A DNA stretch of 64,000 nucleotides, from the NCBI GenBank assembly GCA_023515725.1, contig JALDTO010000266.1, positions 2,046,762-2,110,761 on the forward strand, given 5' to 3'. Numbering within the stretch: the first letter of the stretch is position 1; every line of letters begins with the position of its first letter. Source of the stretch: Amoeboaphelidium protococcarum X5 (taxonomy: Eukaryota; Fungi; Aphelidiomycota). A program made the translations under genes and the position numbers. Below the pieces are notes generated by a model that had not been told where the DNA came from, made no database searches, and was given only the letters and a program-made list of their open reading frames with translations. Shown one piece after another: positions 59,314 to 64,000 of the stretch.

Positions 59314-60390
59314 TCAGCTTATAAACTAAAGAGCGCGTTTAAATAAGACAACTCCCTTTTCAATGGCAATCGAGCGCCACTGAGGATCTTGCGGATAGAA
59401 CATTTCCAGCAGGTGAGTCTTTTCTGGTGAATTCAAATCCACTTCAACTCCGCTGTTCTTACACTGCCAATGGTATGCATTCTCGGCGCGTAATGCCTGC
59501 AACACTCTAACACCATTGTAACTGCCAAATTCTTGAGTCACTGCATGAAACTGGTCCAAATCTTTAGTGAGCTCTTCATCAAATAAGTTCCAAAGAACAC
59601 CTTGAGGATCATAGCTACTATTACCGACAACTCCGGTCAGAGTAACGCGATCTTTTCCATACAGCTTGATGTGAGCCTCAGTCTATACATTCTCTGGCAC
59701 GAATAGCGTATCGTAATTCCATGGACCGAGACCGGTGTGAATGTCAAATAAGAAAATACACTTGACACTACCAGACGCAAGAACCTTCTCCTTCAGGTAC
59801 TTGCGTAAAGCAACGCCACTAGCCTCCAACTTTTTTCCAGAGTAAAAGAGTCCTTTGGGGAAGCGACTCTAGCCTTTGGCAACCATGCACTGTACCTTGG
59901 CGAACCCATACTTTGCCACCAGTAACACAGTCTACCAATAAAAGTTGATGACGGACAAATAATCACTCACCGGATACGATGGATTAAGAAATTCATTAAC
60001 CAACGCGTATTCATCATCATTCTCCAGATGCTCCGGAAATATATTGTTATGATTACGACCAAGATCAACGCCACTCTCATTCCAGCGGCGCAAATATTTC
60101 ATACCATACGGATTGTAGCCGTGAATGAACAAATAACCGATATCACCACTATCATCTTGATCAGTGGAATTCAGCTGATTAAGCAGCGCAGTCTAAACAT
60201 CGGACCCAGCGTAGCCTTCAACGCCGTGTACACCGCTGACATGAAGCATTAGCTTCGACTTGGATGCGACATCTTTGGACATTGCCACCAGCATGTACAA
60301 ATCATCCACCACATGTATCTTATCAATAATCAATCCTGCATTCTACGCGGCAGTCTTGAACGCTTCGCACTTTTCGTTATACAGCGCCAT
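59314..60390 (-). CDS. DUF2817 / M14-like zinc carboxypeptidase-fold protein
   Basis: 359 codons, no intron. SGVHGVEGYAGS, NPYGM..RRWNESGVDLGRN, GQSRFPKGLFYSG, DIHTGLGP, TQEFGSY..ALRAEN, FYPQDPQWR. Confidence 0.85.
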
Positions 60391-60590
60391 GATGAGTAAT
60401 GATAGTATTATACGAGGGGAGTTGTCTGTTTAAGGATTAACCGGGCAGGGGCTAGCTCTGAATCTCGCGATACGTTGATGATGCAAATCCCGTGATATCA
60501 ATGGCGCTTATACAACATCAAACTAAAACTTTTAAAATACTATTTATGCAATCATATACTTTATAAATAAACTAGCTTAAATTAATTACA

Positions 60591-62166
60591 TCATGATTTA
60601 CGTTTTTTGTTTTGATGAGAGGAACTACGGATAATAGGATGTTCATCTGCATCTTCAGCATTTACAGATGGAGTCTGTGATCGCTTACGTCCAGCGTGGC
60701 CACCGGAGAGGGATGATGGAGGCCTGCTCGACTATCTCGATTATCTTTGATTTGCATCATGTCCATCTTCTTCCATATCACCATTAGAAGTAGCTCGAGT
60801 CGGATCTGATTTTGAGAGAACTTTCAAATCATTCTACAGTTTCTCAGTCTACTTCTAGAGATCGAGAATATGCAATATTGATTTGATGAGCTCATCATAC
60901 AGCTAGCATGTCTATTTAGTAGGCATTTTAGGAAATACAGATACACCCAACTCTTCCAGCATGAAATTTACGCGCTATTATTGAATCTAAGACCTCGCTA
61001 CAGGTAGGGATTGACTTCTGACCAAAACTCCAGTCACCTTCCTCTCCTTCTTTGGCAATGGAACAACAAAAGACTAATCTACACAGATATAGTATGATAA
61101 AATATAGTGGCTGTTAAACTTTAAGCGACAATCAAGTCAAACTTACTGTCGCCATCTGCACTAGGAGCTAACGATGTAGATCGCCTGACGTCTTGAGGTA
61201 CTGGCTTCGTTGACACAGTGATAGGCTCTGCTGCTTTGCTCTTGGGCTTTTTACGCTTCTTAGGAACAGCCTCTACCGCAGTCAGTTATCCCAAATTGGG
61301 CATACCAAACGTATCAGCTTAAAATATCCTCCTGATTGAATCTCGTTCCTGAGTGACTTGTTATATCTAATTAGCAAGCGCTTGCAGTTCATGTAAGAGA
61401 ACAATTTCTGAAGATTGGCCATAAGATAAAATCGCCGTCATATTCTAAGCATATTCCCTCCCCGCCATCTCATTCTCATAATTGTATTCCACTTTAAGAT
61501 AGTGACCATTATTCGCAGACAATGAAGCACCATTCTGAAAGTCACATAGACAATTATTCACCGCGTAAAACCGCCGTTACAAGTCAGGTAGAGTCCTATT
61601 CTTGACACCATTATATAAGTACCTGTCGTGAATGATAAACCACCGCACATCATACTACCGGCAGAGAGACCATAAATAATCTGTTTCATCTCTTGTCCAC
61701 GAGGAATCTACAACGATCAATCACTTATGAGGATAAGATGAGACAAACGCGTAAATTACCATTCAAAGTAGCCTCCACTGCTGCATACTATTCATCCGAA
61801 TACTCTTTTATTGAAGAATCCGCAGAATTATTATTTAGAGGAACGGAGCATTGTTCGAGCACTACAAACGGCCATTTGTTGTTAGCGGAAACGGAAACAA
61901 ACGACAACTTACAGTTTGAAGCACATAGAGATAACAAATCATCATCCCTGGGCACTCTAACCCATTTTCTAGCATTGTCAACCACACTGTCTCCAATTTA
62001 ATGAGCCTGTAATTACCTACATGCGAATACATAAGTCACATTATGAGGCTCAAAATGAAACTTACCAGGACGACGACAGCTCATACCGCCTAGCATTTCT
62101 CAGACTGTCACAGGCCGTTACCAGAGACGGGAGTCCGCCAATGTGACTATAGAACTGGTAATCCAT
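60591..62166 (-). CDS. SWC4: SWR1/NuA4 subunit Swc4/DMAP1, 4 introns (62017-62065, 61862-61912, 61708-61759, 61079-61146)
   Basis: 452 codons. SANT domain WTRDETDYLWSLCRQYDVRWFIIHDR..RTLPDLQRRFY; C-terminal GVLVRSQ..LEELGV..PKMPT..YDEL. Confidence 0.85.
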
Positions 62167-62390
62167 ACACAAGTGGTTGTCAATGAATGTTGTTGCCGTG
62201 GTTGAGTTGTGCGAGGCGTCTCGCTTTTCGTCGATTTCGGTTGGCGGAAAGTGTTTCAACAACTAATCGTTTGCGAGAAAGGTTTCACCGTAATTTGAGT
62301 GGAACGGAGAGGCGAGTGCGAAACGGTAAGGGCGGATGAAACAATGCAGTCTAACGTGGAATCGAACGGTATCATAAATGCAGTCGCTAG

Positions 62391-63728
62391 TCATTATTGC
62401 AGCAGTTATTTGCTTATTTAGTAGATAGCCTGTTATACTGAGGCGTCCCCTGGCAGTGCTTTACGCAGCTTATTCAAAACTTGGAGATAATCTTTCGAAC
62501 GCGCCATTTTCTGTAAACACTCAGCTGATTAGAATAAAGCCTCATAATCTAACGGATTTTATGAGCTTAGTGCCGCAAATAGATCATAAGCCTGACTGTA
62601 TTACTAATTATCTTTGAGAAGCAACGCCAGATTATACATAGCAGGTTCGATGTGTTATTCCGCAGCTTCTTTGTACAATCTGAGCGCCAGTAAAGAATCG
62701 CCTTCTCGCTAAGCTAATAGAGCTTCAAACATAATCTTATAATGAGATAATTGACCATATTTACGTGTCATTTCATCTTTCTCTTGAATATGATAGAATG
62801 AAGCTAAAATTGTATAAGCTACGTCCTTTTGGATTTAAGTCAAACTATCGGAGTTATCACCTATTTGCTTAAAGTATTCTAATGAGGCATCTGTGAGTCC
62901 ATCTAACGCATATAGCCATGCATCTAAAATGCGAATGTCATTTTCAAAAATTGCATACTAGCTCTATTACACCAACGTTAATATCCACTCCATGATATCA
63001 TCTTTGAGAGCTTGACACGAGAACTTGGTGAGCTTAACAGCATATCTGAGCTTATTTACCACATCATCAGAACTGCAAGAGCATTGTGGAGCTTTCAGAA
63101 GTGATTAAAAGCATTTCTAAACTATAATCTAATTTCCAAAGCCAAATTAGCATACCAGAAGATTAAAGCAATTCCCAAAATTAGAACTTGACTTGACAGC
63201 ACTATCAAAGTATTTGAGTGATAAAGTAAAAGATCCCTGTTTTAAATACACTTTCGCGATATTGGAAGCAATCTTTGATCTACATTTTATTCAGAAATTA
63301 ATATTAAAGAATGATGCATATAGAGCTTACTTAATATCAGAGTCTGCACCACTAATAGAATCATATGCCATTAGGTAGAACTTGAGCGATTCATCGTAAG
63401 ATTTCTGGAGGTACATGCATTCGGCCAGCGTGCATCTAATCCTTAGAATCTCGGATTTATGAACTTTACTCAGCTGATGCAATCTAGTAATAGCATTATC
63501 CATTTTATTCAAATCTCTCTCAAGACACGCCAAGTGGAATTCCACGCTGAAATTGATGTTCATGCCGTGATTCTATGTCAACAACTATTGCGCATGTAAG
63601 CCAGTCTTGTACGCTTCATGAATATTACCAGATTTAAAAAACTGTATACTGGATTTAAATGCTATATTTACTAAGTTTTATTAGAACTATAGTTGATCAG
63701 TATTGCTTTTAGAATCTTTCGAAGGCAT
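62391..63728 (-). CDS. IFT88: Divergent, C-terminally truncated intraflagellar transport protein IFT88 (TPR), 1 intron (63280-63330)
   Basis: 429 codons. YDESLKFYLMAYD..KIASNIAKVY..FNLLVCQF..KCFQSLL, WILTLVQQSQYAIFENDIRI, LYKEA..AMYNLAL, LFQSAEC..LPGD follow the order of IFT88 TPRs as recalled. Confidence 0.75.
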
Positions 63729-63916
63729 AATTTGGTGGTTTTAATTCCAAGTAAGTGCAATAGAAAGTTCAAACGCGCCGAGTTGAAAGAAATTTAGTAT
63801 AGATGCTGTTACTACTGAAAGCTACAGTTTGAAGACTTGGTATCCGCGAAACTAATTCAAAAGAGTTGAAATAAAAGATGGAAATCAATGAATAGTCGTT
63901 TAATATATTTCCAAGA

Positions 63917-64000
63917 TCAAGAACTCAACTTGACGCATCCATCACAGCCAGAGGTAAGAAGCCACGGTCTGAATGGATGAAATTCATTGTGGAGCACACC
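63917..64000 (-). CDS. ERB1: 3' end of ribosome biogenesis WD40 protein Erb1/BOP1 (partial)
   Basis: GVLHNEFHPFRPWLLTSGCDGCVKLSS* resembles the BOP1 terminal WD repeat (GVL..FHP.QPW..S.G.DG). Confidence 0.7.
   Translation of the reverse strand, partial: GVLHNEFHPFRPWLLTSGCDGCVKLSS

Noticed and set aside
62166-62460. Possible IFT88-SWC4 read-through fusion
   Set aside because: The open frame leading into SWC4 differs from the IFT88 frame, which stops at TGA 62391-62393.

Overview
Gene-dense (about 32 genes in 64 kb), intron-poor eukaryotic nuclear DNA from a fungus-related opisthokont. It uses a non-standard genetic code: TAA and TAG are read as Gln and TGA is the only stop. The supplied standard-code ORF track is therefore fragmented and often on the wrong strand. 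I re-translated by hand with UAR=Gln; almost every gene then forms one ATG..TGA frame whose length is divisible by 3 after removing short GT..AG introns. UAR=Gln plus fungal-type genes (Gti1/Pac2, Sip3/Lam1, DAHP synthase) and ciliary relics (IFT88, FOP/FOR20) fits an aphelid such as Amoeboaphelidium, where this code is established; the taxon call is an inference. Most genes are housekeeping (UBA3, PCT1, NUP159, URB2, DHR2, TFB2, SGS1, EFL1, VPS5, PNO1, UTP14, GPI11, GSH1, UPS2, SWC4, ERB1). Notable points: a near-invariant TGTAG 3' splice site (16 of 17 introns); UAR codons often just before the TGA stop; a frameshifted PD-(D/E)XK nuclease-kinase (Crinkler-like) gene; a disrupted POT1-like double-OB gene with a minisatellite in a degenerate 3 kb island; a truncated IFT88; bacterial-type beta-helix lyase and DUF2817 genes; an odd GHMP kinase; and an orphan 7TM protein. 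All family assignments come from recalled motifs, not database searches.
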